A stretch of DNA of 64,000 bases, taken from positions 5,530,178 through 5,594,177 of the forward strand of contig OZ199838.1 of assembly GCA_964304625.1 (NCBI GenBank), written 5' to 3'. A program made the translations under genes and the position numbers. The notes beneath the pieces were generated by a model. It worked only from the letters and a program-made list of their open reading frames with translations, did not search any database and had not been told where the DNA came from. The stretch's first letter is position 1. Every line of letters starts with the position of its first letter. The stretch is from Kudoa neothunni (lineage: Eukaryota; Animalia; Cnidaria). Shown one piece after another: positions 14,025 through 26,687 of this stretch.

Positions 14025-14514
14025 TTTTTTTTGCTTATAAGGTCAAACCCCTGGCGCAACTTGTTAGGTTGTGAAGTTCGACTGGTTAGGCCTTCTCCAT
14101 TTATGCTTTGGGCGCCGCAACGTCATATTAAGGCGACTTACGTTTATGCAGTATTGTAGGATTTTAACCCATTAAACATCCCCGTTTCGGAGCAACCACC
14201 ATCCCACCATACCCTGGACTAACCCAGAATTAGTCTGAGAAAGTCGTCTGAATGCGGGCGTCGGCTCTACGGAAACCCCCTACTGGATTGTATTTCGGGT
14301 CTGTACCCCGGCGTTTGTGAGCGCTTGAGTCCACCCTTTCGCCAGCCCCCCAGCTGTAAGCAAGGAAACGATAAATCGTAGACTGCTGCTATTATTACAG
14401 CCATCCTACTTATTTAATTTCGGATTACGAGTACAGGAATGTCCGGACAAGGTTTCGAATTCGCAGCCTCATGTTATACGACTCGACCTAACACCAATAT
14501 GCCATATTGTCTAA
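14025..14514 (-). mobile_element. tRNA-derived SINE
   Basis: Minus-strand head has an A box (TGGCATATTGG) and a B-box-like ATTCGAAAC. GC-rich body, oligo-A tail at 14025-14032, flanked by an 18-bp imperfect direct repeat (14007-14024 and 14515-14532). Confidence 0.7.
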
Positions 14515-14588
14515 GATAACGGTTTTTTCTTGAGAGATACAAACAAATCAGGCCCGTGGCGTCAGGGTATACATTGCTTACCCTGGAT

Positions 14589-15249
14589 CAGCGTTTTCCA
14601 ACATGGGGCCTTGCCCCACGTTGGAGAGTGAAAAAATGTTGGTGTGGCGTGGAAACTTTTAAACGATTATTGGACCGCCTCGGTAGGAAGTGGAAAATCC
14701 TGAGTATTGTTGTGACAGGATAATGGTGGGATGATTAGGCATTATGATGCATTTTTAAGTGACAATTAACATCTTAAAAATACAAAAAGCAATGCCTCAT
14801 TATATAAAAATTAATAATAGTATTTTACGTGTCCTTTATCCGAATAGAATCAGAATAGTTTGATCTTATTCTTGTTTCATTCAGAATCGTTTAATACGTT
14901 TTCTGACCAAACCTGATGTAATGTTGATTAATTTTATATTTATACTCTTTATGTTCCGTTTATTAACCCCATATACACGAAAGTCTATCCTAATGAAGGC
15001 TGGATTACCACGAGTTTCATTTGACGCTGTTTTGGACGGTATAGAGAACTAAAGATGTTAGTTTTTAAGGTCCATCGATAAATTAAATTAGATCCAATCG
15101 AATACATTTTAATGAAAAAAAATATATTAATTGCTTTCAAATTTTAATGTGATAGTAAGCTTTATTTAATGTTATAAACAGTCCCAGTTAAAAAAATCAA
15201 TACATTTGAAAAAGATGGGACGTGATAGAAAAAAGGTTGAGAAACGCTG
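14589..15249. mobile_element. hAT MITE, same family as 51624-55917
   Basis: CAGCGTTTTCCAACAT ... GGTTGAGAAACGCTG with TSD ccctggat/ccctggag. Lies inside a Tip100-like fragment starting CAGGCCCGTGGCGTCAGGGTA at 14549. Confidence 0.8.
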
Positions 15250-15989
15250 CCCTGGAGAGTACAAAAAGAAATAAAATATTCTTATAAACGTAGTTTTTCT
15301 TTTATTTAAGATTTTTATATCAATTTATTTGTGTATATTGCATAAAATGATAAAAAATTTTCTAAGTTTTTGTTAGCATGAGCCCAACCTGACACTGCTT
15401 CCAGGTTGCCCCATTAATTCTACAGGCGTACCTGAAATCAGGAGTTGTCGCATGCGTATCCGAGTTTTAAGGGGGACACCGTGGGCAGCATTTTGGTCAC
15501 CCCTGGTTTGGGATTAAGATTTAACCTGTAAATAACGTTTGCCCGTTCATACCCAACTTCATGAATCAATTTAATTTACTACTCAACCCATAAAGAAACA
15601 TGGGCGTGCTTATTCTGAATACTCGTTATCATATTTTTATTGCACCGATTCAAACTTTACAAATATCCAGTCATAAATTAACATCTTCCCGGAAAATATA
15701 TAAACATTTTAAAGTATATAAAAATCTTAAAAAGAGGGATAATTTAAGCAGACACTATCATAAACATAATGGAGCGAGGATGTAAATCGAAAGGGATCAC
15801 TTGATCGTTAAAATATAACAATCCATCGATAGTAAAAAAATACATTGCAGCATTTGTTAAAGCTTAGAATTAAATATTACGGAGAATCTGACAAAACAAA
15901 GCTTTTATTCTTATTGTCAAACAAGAATTATGTTGTTAAAACATATTTATATGAAAAATGTTTCTCAATAAGAAGTATTCTTTCTTGAA

Positions 15990-16323
15990 TTAGTCGACAT
16001 CTTCCTTGGTAAGAGAGAACTCTATACAAATATCAATAGTTGCAAAACCACTAACGCTTACGAATGTTATCATTCTCATAATATTCTGATGCAAACGCTC
16101 CAATAATGGCAAATGGAACTAAAACCATAAACGCTTTTAAAATGTTCGATTGAACTAAAAGTAATATGAAATGTTAATATACCCACCAACATTGTCAAAA
16201 TCAATACTCACCACCACATGTATCTCTGGAAAGGTAGTAGTCATTGTAGAGTATTCGATCATGTAAGCCTAGACCGGTTCGATAATAGGAGCGAAATCTT
16301 CGAAACAGAGTCGCTGTGATCAT
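15990..16323 (-). CDS. SMDT1: EMRE-like essential MCU regulator (mitochondrial calcium uniporter subunit), 3 exons, 78 aa
   Basis: Exons 16323-16212, 16154-16062 and 16021-15990, with GTGAGT and GTAAGC donors and TAG acceptors, give MITATLFRRFRSYYRTGLGLHDRILYNDYYLSRDTCGVQSNILKAFMVLVPFAIIGAFASEYYENDNIQFSLTKEDVD*. Arg-rich presequence-like N-terminus, one TM with PFxxxGxxxS, acidic C-terminus. Confidence 0.7.
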
Positions 16324-16658
16324 TTTAAAGTGGCGATCTATTCCGACAAGTCTTACGATAATATTCAAGAAGTGGAATATCAAGTGGAGCTATTATCGCT
16401 TTAATAGAATAATAGTCGAACATTGGTTTTTTAAATTTCCACGCCATATATTATTGCACCGAAATTTACAATAAATTTTACAGAGTTCACCCAGCATAAT
16501 AAAGCCGAGAATTGTCCAACATTTTTTCTCTTTATAACTCAAAAAATTTTAATTTAGATTAATAAGATATTTTGGGCAGAAGCTGGTGATATATTTGAGC
16601 GGAAAAACTGCTTTTAAAAATTCGCCTGAGTTCGTGCTACCTTCGGTTACACATTGTG

Positions 16659-17069
16659 ATGTCTGTTCCTAGAGTTTTTCACGTTACTTTGGTGCACAGC
16701 CTGATCAAAACACCCCGTAAAACAAAAGAAATTGCGAATTCTATGGGACTGAATAAAAGATTTGATAGTTTTGTGTATGTAAGTGCACCCAAAATGAATA
16801 AATTTTTAAAAAAGATTGCACATTTGATTCAAATCGTTCCTGTCAAAACCCTTCCCACGGACATCAATCTTCCTTCAAATATTCCTAAATGGGTGAAAGA
16901 ATCTGATTTTATCGACAAAGATTCACTGAAAAATGATGTGAGATTTCAAGATACTGAGCTTTTGAATCGATTTGGTTATTGTGATGCGGCAAAAGTAGAT
17001 AAATGCGAATCCGCGTATCCTGATGTTGTTTTGGACTACCATGAGTCAATTAAAAACAGTAGAATCTAG
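16659..17069 (+). CDS. MRPL30: Mitochondrial ribosomal protein uL30m-like
   Basis: VFHVTLVHSLIKTPRKTKEIANSMGLNKR...PKMNKFLKKIAHLIQIVPV fits the L30 pattern. Start uncertain; an upstream exon is possible. Confidence 0.72.
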   Translation: MSVPRVFHVTLVHSLIKTPRKTKEIANSMGLNKRFDSFVYVSAPKMNKFLKKIAHLIQIVPVKTLPTDINLPSNIPKWVKESDFIDKDSLKNDVRFQDTELLNRFGYCDAAKVDKCESAYPDVVLDYHESIKNSRI

Positions 17070-17396
17070 TTTTTGTAATAATTGCACCTCGTTTTTTTAT
17101 TTCACTAAAAAACTCGCTAGATTCTATTAAATTCTCTAAATAATTTTATTTAAATATTCAGCAATTTCTTCATTTATTAGAATTTATTTGGTCCTTTTCG
17201 GCGCTAATTTAAGTTCCGTTTATAAAGTTTAATATGACAACTATTATCTAATAAATTTCCATATAATAAATATACAATCGACCCTATTGTTCAAAATTTA
17301 TTTTTAAAATTACCTATAATTCATTTACAGTAGAATCAATATTGCGTAATTTAACGTTTGTCTTCCATACATTATTTAGTCTAATCATTCAAAGGA

Positions 17397-19371
17397 GTGA
17401 CTATTGCAACGGATCATAATTTATAGGTGAGTGTAGTTTTGAATGTATGTAATTATTTTTGGCCCCTAAGAGTGATAACGATGACTCGCGAATAACTAAG
17501 CAGATTCTAAAAAATAATTTTTATTCGTCAACTACAGATAGGAGTTTCTGGGATTAAAAATCAGGGTTGCCGGCAAGGTTTTAAGAAAACCCTAAGTTTA
17601 AGTAAAAAAACCAAAAGTGAGAAAAACGCCAGTTTAAAGTACAATAAAAATAGAATCGAATCTATTAAAGTGATTAATCTTCTTCCTATTATATAATTAC
17701 GTCTTCAGATATTAAATTTAAATGTATCGTCATATTATTGCAATGTTTTTGCACGAACTCTCACTCATAATTATTGTCTAGTAAAGATCAATATACTCAC
17801 AATTAATTACTTCAATGTTCAAGATATATTTTGAAATAACGTTTATATTTTCTAACAATTTGCGACAATGTTTACTGAGTAATTGTGTAATCGTGCAACA
17901 TTAAAAAATCAAATGTGTTGTCGTTCAATATTGTGAATGTTTAAACCAGGGCTTCCCGGACCTCTAAGAGGTCTGAGATTTACGTCTAGAGTCAACGACA
18001 AAATTGTAGGGCTAAACATTCCCCGTACATAATGTACCAATTCCAAATAATCGTAATCTCTCTCGACAATATATCATGTGCGATTCGTGCACAATCGAAG
18101 ATGAGATAAGTCTATTAAATAAATAGTCGTTTGATGAATATTACTGAAGATTAATTTATGATGTCAATCTACTATTTACCATTATCAGTATATGAAATAA
18201 AAGTGATAACTTATTCCTCTTTCATTCGTAAATAAATTATTTAGTTTAAATTTGAAATGGAACAACGTAAAAAATTATGAAGTATTTACTTTTTGATAGA
18301 AAGATAAACGACATATAAAAGGTTTTAAAATGGATGAATTATTAAAAATTGTATTATTATTTTCAATTAAACTATATGGCAAGTAAGAATTAAATTTTAA
18401 TTGGTGTCAAGGTTACTACGTTATTTAGATTTTGTTGTTAAGTTATTTTAAATTTTCATACTTTAAATTAAAATCAATTTGCATTCGAGATTGGTTCACA
18501 TATTTAATTTCCTCACGAAATTTTTAAATTAATAATTAAACAACAAAATCCAAAACTTCGCGTAAGCCCAACTATTCACATCTGTTCTTTTGCACAAAAA
18601 CGTGAACATATATTGTACCTTTACAAATTATGATTTAGTCATAACTTTATCTGATAAAGAGTCCCATTTTGACCCAATCATTGTTCAAAAGGGACAAGAA
18701 AAAAAATTCAAAACATTTAATTTATTATCAGTTGTATTTATTTCAATCACAACTTTTTGTTAAAATAAGCTGTTTTTTTCTATTTAATGTTATTTTAATA
18801 AAAATATTTTCCCCACCTAAAAATAAATCCATTTTGAATCTCTTTTTTGAGAAGGGATGTGGAGTTGTCCTCGTAAATGGTAGGGGTCCGGAAACTAAAA
18901 TGAATCGGGAAGCGCTGATTTAAGACCTGTATAATAGCGGTTCCTCCACCCCAACCTCTAAGAGGGTGGGAATTATGGAATTGGTTTGGGGGTGGTACAA
19001 GGTACCGCCACAATAGAAAATAATTTTTGAGAAATTTTGAGTCACATCTTATCTTATCCAAGGGGGTACGAATTTTGTTTCATCGCCAAATGGGAGTGCG
19101 AGTCCAATTTTAGTTAGGAAGTGCTGCTGCATGATATAATCTGAATAGGACATGTGATTAAAAATATAAATATTAATGCTGCACATAAAAAATAGTGTTA
19201 TTATTTAATGTTTACAAGTTTTCAATAAAAACTCAATATTGTGTAAATATAAAAAAAACCAAGAGCCCAAGGTGACTATAAAAACCCGAAGCCTTAACAG
19301 TCCCGTTTAAAATAGACCCAGTGCATGCGTATATACAATTTAGGATTAAAAATATCCGTTGCAATAGCCAC
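17397..19371. mobile_element. Unclassified TIR element with nested hAT-like fragments
   Basis: Inverted repeat GTGACTATTGCAACGGAT / ATCCGTTGCAATAGCCAC. Internal CAGGG-type ends at 17562 and 17947. No clear TSD. Confidence 0.5.
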
Positions 19372-19383
19372 CGTCTACTAATT

Positions 19384-20450
19384 ATAGACCGTCACCATGA
19401 CAATATTGAAAGATTGTTTTTTTGAAATTACAGCAATCTTGAAAATTTGTTCATTTAATTATTGCAGAAGAAAGGAAGCAATGGGCGACGATTTTAATGA
19501 GTAAAAAGGAGAGCAAATAATGGGTTTATTCTTTTGGGAATGAGAACTGCTGTGATTGTCCCCCAAATTAATTTATCATAAGCTACCGTAGTTACAATAA
19601 TTTCGATATTTCAAATGACTGGAATTATCGAACTGAAATCTAGAGGAAGCGACAAGCGCTCTATTTTGGTATTAGAACAGAAAGAAAAAATTATTTCGTG
19701 AGCGGACGAAAACTCCATGCTTACAGTAAAAGGGCTTAAGAAAAATATTTTAGGTGAAGTCGGCTTTGCAGTCGTTACGAAACCAAAGCGATGTAGGTCA
19801 CTGAAAGCTACACCTGCTTACGCTTATATCAGTGCTGTCAGGAGCATAAATATTTCTTTGGTGGTTGTCATTAATAAAAACTGTATAATTCACCGTAACA
19901 TAGATGGCAAAGTTGTCACTGATGGAGAGTTCAAACTTTGTGTCATTGAGTTAAAGAAAGCTTGTATGGAAAGATACTAGAAAATCCAGTCTTTCTTATG
20001 GATAATGCTAGGATACACCATCACAAAGGCTTTGAAACCGATATTTTAGAGGAAAATTGAAATATTGAATTAATGCTTCCAAATTCATTATTCCTCAATC
20101 AAATTGAAAATATGTTTTCAATCTGGGAAAACTTTGTGATTAGAAAGAAGAGCAAAAATGAAAATGAACAAATATTGGCAATTTCCGAATGTTTTAAACT
20201 AATCATTCCGTCTCGCTGCGATAGTTTCTATCGAAAAATGTTAGGAAATTTCTCTAGATCACCTTGACGGGAGATAATCTAAGAATAAAATAGTTAGGAA
20301 ATTTTTAAGGTTTCTTTTTGAAAATTTTATCGTTGTGTTTTTTGGCGATTTTTATTATTATTATTTTTTGAGATTTATTGTAAGTTGTCAATTTTGATCG
20401 CAAGAATGTCGAGTTTTATTGCAATAATTTTGTTTTTGACTGAAGAACCA
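19384..20450 (+). mobile_element. Decayed IS630/Tc1-superfamily transposon
   Basis: Fragments LGEVGF, VFLMDNARIHH and LPNSLFLNQIENMFSIW correspond to the D, D and E motifs. Multiple stops and frameshifts. Ends approximate. Confidence 0.8.
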
Positions 20451-21610
20451 CATAATTTTTACTCATTCCTGTCGCTTTCGGAGCTAAAAATCATTAATGG
20501 CAATCAAAACTATACTTGCCTGGATATTAGAATCCATGCAGATAGTTACTTTCTAATATCGTTTTATCGAATGAGATTATGAAAGAAATATTAAGTAAAC
20601 AAGTGATTCTGATAATCAAGCAATCCCTCAAAGATAACGTCATCATAGAGAAGGATTGATCGTACCATCTTATCGTGACATATTTAAAAAACCTAACGAG
20701 GAGCAGATAAAGGTTTGATCTAAAGAATTCCTCCCTGATTTTACGCTTTCTGATCTTTTTGAGTGATTCCTGCGCTGTCATTCAAATAAACACTTATTAT
20801 TTTCATTTATGGATTCGGATATAATTTATGATACAGACTTCGCTTTATTTAATTATTAGTTGTCCGTTAAATATATTAGTTTTATATATTTCTCTACGCG
20901 CTCAAAATGTTATTCCTTATCTACTGGAACAATATTAAATTTTTTTAATCGCAATAATGGGGAAATTACTCGTATACTGAAAATTATTAATCATATTTAC
21001 CGCTTACTTTTAGCAAATATTATACTCTTAAAATTTCATACGCTCCTTTAAACAGTGTTCTTATATGATATCATAAATGAAAATTAGCTCAAAATTTGTG
21101 CAGGATCATTTTGTGAGTAATTAGAATATTAAACTTGAGATAATATTACTTTTTAATTTAATATCATTTATAACGAAATGATTTTGAATTGTTAAAAATT
21201 TTTATCGATAATATCAGATATATATTTATGATTAAAAAACCTTTAATTTACAACTTAAATTCTTAGGTTGAAAGATGAAAGATGAAACATGATATCTATT
21301 AATTTACATACGGATAATATGCCATATTTTTAAAAATTTCATATCTTTTATCCAATAATTGAATAACATCGAAATTCTGTGAAGCTACAAAAATGAGATA
21401 TAAAAATGCATGTTATAATCGGCTGAACTCATTACTAATAATATTATCACTAATGATGAGTGGTGCCATGACAGAGTTAACATCATTTGAAGTATTTGAT
21501 ATTTTTAACTTGGTATGTGAGATAAAAGAAATTTATTTATGGTTTTCCAATAGGAAGGGTTTCGTTGGATCCCATATTTTGTGGAGGGAATCCGCCAGTT
21601 GATACACCCG

Positions 21611-22606
21611 ATGTGGTCATTATTGCAGAAAGTTCAAAAAAGTCTTACTCAAGCAGGTCAGAAAATGAAAATTATAATCGACTGCGATCCTGGCCTGGAC
21701 GATATTGAAGCAATTATTTTGGCTTTAGCAGCTAGACATGTAGATGTTGTTGCCATCACTGCCGTTGCCGGAAACACTGTAACCAATCAAACCTTTATCA
21801 ATGTCCAGAAAATATTATATCATTGTGATCGCACAGATATTCCAGTATACAAGGACCCTAGAATAAATCTGATGGGGTATGAGCCTAGGTCAGATGGTTA
21901 TTTTGGAGCGGACGGTTTGTGTGACTTGGATCTCGAATATGATAAAACCATTCCTTATCAACGACTCAATAGTCCACAAGCGCTTCTACATTACACGCAA
22001 AAGTACCCTGGAGAAATCCACCTTGTTGCTGTCGGTCCTCTAACAAATCTTGCAGTTGCATATCTCATTGATAGTTCATTTCCTAATAAACTGGCTTCGC
22101 TGCATGTAATGGGTGGGGATCGCTCTGAAACCACTGTCAATAACGTGACCCCCTACGCCGAATTCAATTGCCATTGTGATCCTCCAGCATGGAGACTGGT
22201 AATGAATAATTTTAGACTGAAAGGAAAAAAAAGAATTATCATAATTGATTATAAATTTTGTGGCGTCCATCTACTACCCCTACCATTTTTAAATGATTAT
22301 TTCAATAATACGCTTGCCGATGATGTTAGAAATAAGAAAGCCTTTCTAATCAGAAAATCATATGAATACATGTCGAAGAAATTCACGTCGTTTGGAAGTG
22401 TTACCTGCGACCCCTTCGCGTTATTTGTCTGTATCTATCCCGAATTAGAATTCACCGGGAGAGCGTGTGTACTAGAGAAAGTTCATATGGATGGTAAAAC
22501 TTACGGTCACACCGAATTTCGATACGATGATAATGGGCACCTTTTCCTGGTTGATGAAATTGACTTTGATAATTTTCTTCGACTCATGCTAGATTCGTTG
22601 AAATGA
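21611..22606 (+). CDS. Nucleoside hydrolase copy 1 (Ca2+-dependent, Cys-Asp group III type), intronless
   Basis: IIIDCDPGLDD (DxDxxxDD), AGN, YFGADGL, VGPLTNLA, MGG, AEFN and VTCDP. Start at ATG 21611 or 21665. Confidence 0.93.
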   Translation: MWSLLQKVQKSLTQAGQKMKIIIDCDPGLDDIEAIILALAARHVDVVAITAVAGNTVTNQTFINVQKILYHCDRTDIPVYKDPRINLMGYEPRSDGYFGADGLCDLDLEYDKTIPYQRLNSPQALLHYTQKYPGEIHLVAVGPLTNLAVAYLIDSSFPNKLASLHVMGGDRSETTVNNVTPYAEFNCHCDPPAWRLVMNNFRLKGKKRIIIIDYKFCGVHLLPLPFLNDYFNNTLADDVRNKKAFLIRKSYEYMSKKFTSFGSVTCDPFALFVCIYPELEFTGRACVLEKVHMDGKTYGHTEFRYDDNGHLFLVDEIDFDNFLRLMLDSLK

Positions 22607-23347
22607 TAAACACTACACTTGTTACTTAATATTTAAAGATTGTTTTTGAAGTTTATTTCACTGTGGTAAGTTTTATGAAGTTTTTTTATAGGAGTTAATT
22701 AACAATTATCTAAATTGTTTATAAATTCTTTTCAAATTTTTTTGTTTTTTTCAATCATGTATCAATTTGGAATTAAATTTAAGAAAAATCTCTCTAAAAT
22801 GTGTTCTTTTTTTACGCCTCGTATATAGTTATTTGCTTAACTGGAAATTATATGGATTTAGATCTAATATTTAAACGCACAGTGGGTGTTACTATATTAG
22901 TTGTTGTTATTTTAAATTATTCATTAAAGTTTTCGTTTACATGAAACAACTATCCATCCTATTTATTTGTTTGCCGTCAAATATCAACTTATGCTATTTT
23001 TCTTCAGGTTGTTTAAATAAAAATGTTGGTATTATGTATTGTTGGTTATGAACTGTTGAAACAAAACTTTATTTGTTTATATTTAATAATTTTTTCACCA
23101 ATTACGAGCTCCACACCTTAAATTAAGGATTATAATAATGAACCATTCGTAGTTAATACCTTAGGGAGGAAGAGAGGTAGACAATAAGCATCCCAACCGA
23201 AAGCGCAGATGAAAATTTGGAAATCAAAAAGTAATTATTAACGCAATATTATTAGAACATTTCATTGAATATTTATTTTAATAATTAAAAATAACAATAA
23301 TTATTATTATCATAATCTAGCATAATTTTGATGATGTCTATTTTCAC

Positions 23348-26300
23348 CAGGCACGTGCCGTCAGGGTAGGCAAAGTTAGGCAGTGCCTACCCTATTGAAT
23401 CAAAATTAATTAATTTTGTAAAGATAAAATTCCTTTTATCTCAAACCTACAATAGTTATTTAAATATTCATATAAAACTAGAAAAAATTCGAGGTATTAG
23501 TAACAAGATAGGCACCAGTTGACTCTGCCTTCTAATCGCTACATGAATTCCACGTAAAATTTCGTGACTGGCACGCGCCGTATCATTCTGCGCTTCATTA
23601 CAATTTTAATGACCGACGGTAGGCAGAGCTTATATTGCCTACCGCCGTGTCACGTGGCCTGCTTTAAATATTCCTGTCGTGCGTGCATTATTTATTCAAA
23701 TAAATTGTTCTGTTTATTCAATTTTTTTTCTTATTATTGATTAAAGGACATCTTTGAAATAAGATAATCTATATGACAACTATACCGGTAATATCGCCCA
23801 AAGTTAATACTAATAATTGTCCAACTTGTCATAAGGCGCGCACCCCTGTTAATCTTACTTTATCTCTTCAAGTATGGATAGTGGGCATCTTAAAGAGTTT
23901 TCAAAACTTCATTATGAAGATAAATTACAAATTATAAGAAATGGTAGTCTGACTCCTGGTCTTAAAGAACTTAAACAACTGAAAGGGATGACAATTATCA
24001 GGACGTTTAATACTTCGAGTTATTAGAAAAAAGAGTGATTATGTGGATGTGCTGCAACAATAAGGCTTTTTTGCTTCCCATGTTTGCTTTTATCAATGAC
24101 TAATGAAAGTGTGTGGGTCAAAGAAGGATATTTCGACTTCAATAATTTGCCAATCGCTTTAAATAAGCATGAGCGATCCGCAGCACAGTATCGAAGTCAA
24201 CTCTAATGGAAAACGTTTGGATATGTACGAGTAGCTTTGTTCCTTGATAAACAGAAGATTATTTCAATTGAACTTCACAATCAAAATGTTAAGGAGAACA
24301 AAGAGATATTGAAAACATTGATCCGGGCGGTTCGCTTTTCGATTAAACAAGAACTTACTTTTCGCGGTGATAATGAACACAAACTGCCTTTAAATCGTGG
24401 TAATTATTTGGAGTTGTTAAATTATACGGCAAAATTTGACGAAAAATTATCAAATCATTTACAGAATTCATCAATTTTTTCTGATATTTCCAACAGGATT
24501 CAAAGTGATCTGATTGAGGCTATAAAGGTGGTTTTTGAGAATAATATTAAAGAGGAACTAGCACAGGCTCCGTTCGTTGCGATAGAAGTGGTTGAGACGA
24601 CCGATGTCTCATGCACATCTCAATGTTCAACAATATTAAGATACATATTGGCATCCAAAATTAAGGATGTTTGCATTGGATTTGATACTCTTCGTGACAG
24701 AACAGCGGGTGGTGTAACGGAATCTGTATTTAAAAACATATATAAATACAACATTGAAGAGAAATTAGTCGCACAAACGTATGATGGAACAATAGTTATA
24801 ACCTCCCACTTAAATGGAGTTCAGTCAAAAGTTAGACTAGACAATAGATATCGACTTCACTGTTTACTCGCTGTTATACCCATAAGTTAAATCTTGTGTT
24901 GTCACAATCCGCCGAGTTTATCCCTGATTGTACGAGCTTTTTCAAGACTAATGAAGAACTTTCCTCTTTTTTCAAAAATTCAATGAAACGGGTCCAATTT
25001 CTTGATGAGATTGTGCGGAGACGCAATCCAACAGCAGCGACAACGAGATGGAATTCAAATTCAAAATTAGTGCAAATGATATTAGAGTATCACGGTGATC
25101 TTTGCAAACTTTTCTACAATATAAACAACAATCCGCATTTTGGGATTCAGACACTTTACTTCGAAGTAATGGACTTCAATTGGCTAAAAAACGACTCAAC
25201 ATACTTTTTATTGATGATATATAATGAAATTTTCATGTTAACTGACGCGCTCTTCAATATATTGCAGATGAAAATGATAGACATTGCGTACTGCATGGAA
25301 AGAATCAATGGAACAATAACAAAACTTGAGGATATGCGCATAAAATTTGAGTCATTGTATTATAATTTCGAAAAATATTGTTAAGAAAATATCTTAACTA
25401 GACCTATCCTTCCCCTCAATGTGACACAAAAAATGAAAGAGCGATATTATTGGGTACAATAGTCAGTGATATAATAAAGAATCTGAGAACGAGATCTAAT
25501 GATTTCGAAAATCTCAAGTTTATTTCATTGATTAATAGAAATAATTTTAACAATTTATCATGCCAAATTGATACGAGTGCCCTTGAAAGTCTGCAAACGA
25601 ATTATGAAAAATGCTTGGACATTTTAAGACTGAAAGGTGATTTGGCCGGAATTTATAATGCTCACGTATTCAATGAATAGTCCCCTACAAAATTGTTCGA
25701 TTTTATCTCCCCAAATCCACTGGACCAAATATTTCCTGAAGTTGTTAAATTGTTACAATTAATTTTAACGATTCCTGCAACAAATATTTCTGTGGAAAGA
25801 TCGTTTTCTGCATTGAAACGAATTAAAATCTACACCAGGAACATGATAACAAACCAACGACCTTCTTCCCTTGCATTAATATCGATTGAAAAGGAAAGAC
25901 TTAACCAAATGGAACAAGACCCGACCTTCAATTTCTATGAAAAGGTGATTGATACCTTTGCTACAACAAAAGAAAGAAGATTAGGTTTCTTTTATAAGTA
26001 GAAAAATACAAAACACCAACTCTCAAATATTTTTGTAATCTTAACTTACAGCAATGATTTATCCGCTTTATTTTGGCCTATCATTACATTATTGGTTTTT
26101 ATTGTAAAATATTGTAAAAATAATCTCTTTATTAAGTAATTTAGATGTCTATGTAGCATAGGACCGGGTCACAAATTTAAATTAAGAATGTTCTATGGCG
26201 TTAACTAGATATTACCTCCATAATAATTGTTAAGAATTGAGTATTATTAATTTCATGATATATAAATCATTATAATATAAAAATTTATCATTCCATTATT

Positions 26301-26687
26301 ATTGTAACCTATTTAATTTGATAAGGAGACGTCCACTTTCCAAATAAATCGTTGGAATATAAATTAATTGCATTCTCACGCATAAACGTTAATTTAAGTA
26401 AATATTTTAAAATCCTGAAAAATTCTATTTATAATTGTAATATTTTATTTTTAGTCTACAAATACAACCTAAGAATTACAATTTCCGGTAAATAAGTTAT
26501 TACAAAATTTATTGAGCAATAATTCTTACTCATTAAATCAAAACTAATTTTCTTGAAAAATTATTTCTATATTAAATATCTTTTAGTTTCCTATATGCAA
26601 ATATAAATAGTTAAAATTTTGGTTGAAATTTTCTTGTACCAAGGCACCGGCTGCCTGCCCAGAGCAAATAACCACGGCACGTGCAAA
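23348..26687 (+). mobile_element. Near full-length decayed hAT-Tip100 (ZMYM1/DUF4371-like) transposon
   Basis: Left TIR CAGGCACGTGCCGT and right end CACGGCACGTGC, TSD attttcac/ctttgcac. Broken transposase about 23870-26001 with FCFPCLL, RGNYLEL, ETTDVS, QTYDG, TRWNS and PATNISVERSFSALKRIK. Confidence 0.9.

Larger units (their letters stand above)
13830..15505. mobile_element. hAT (Charlie-type) MITE containing nested insertions
   Basis: Ends CGGGGTCACCAAA and TTTTGGTCACCCCTG. 8-bp TSD gtttagga/gtttggga. Confidence 0.8.

Noticed and set aside
14440-14511. tRNA gene on the minus strand
   Set aside because: Has A and B boxes but no convincing cloverleaf. It is better explained as the head of a SINE with tail and TSD.
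20527-20781. Possible LTR-retrotransposon integrase zinc-domain remnant
   Set aside because: Only vague similarity; key Cys and His residues absent and no LTRs seen.
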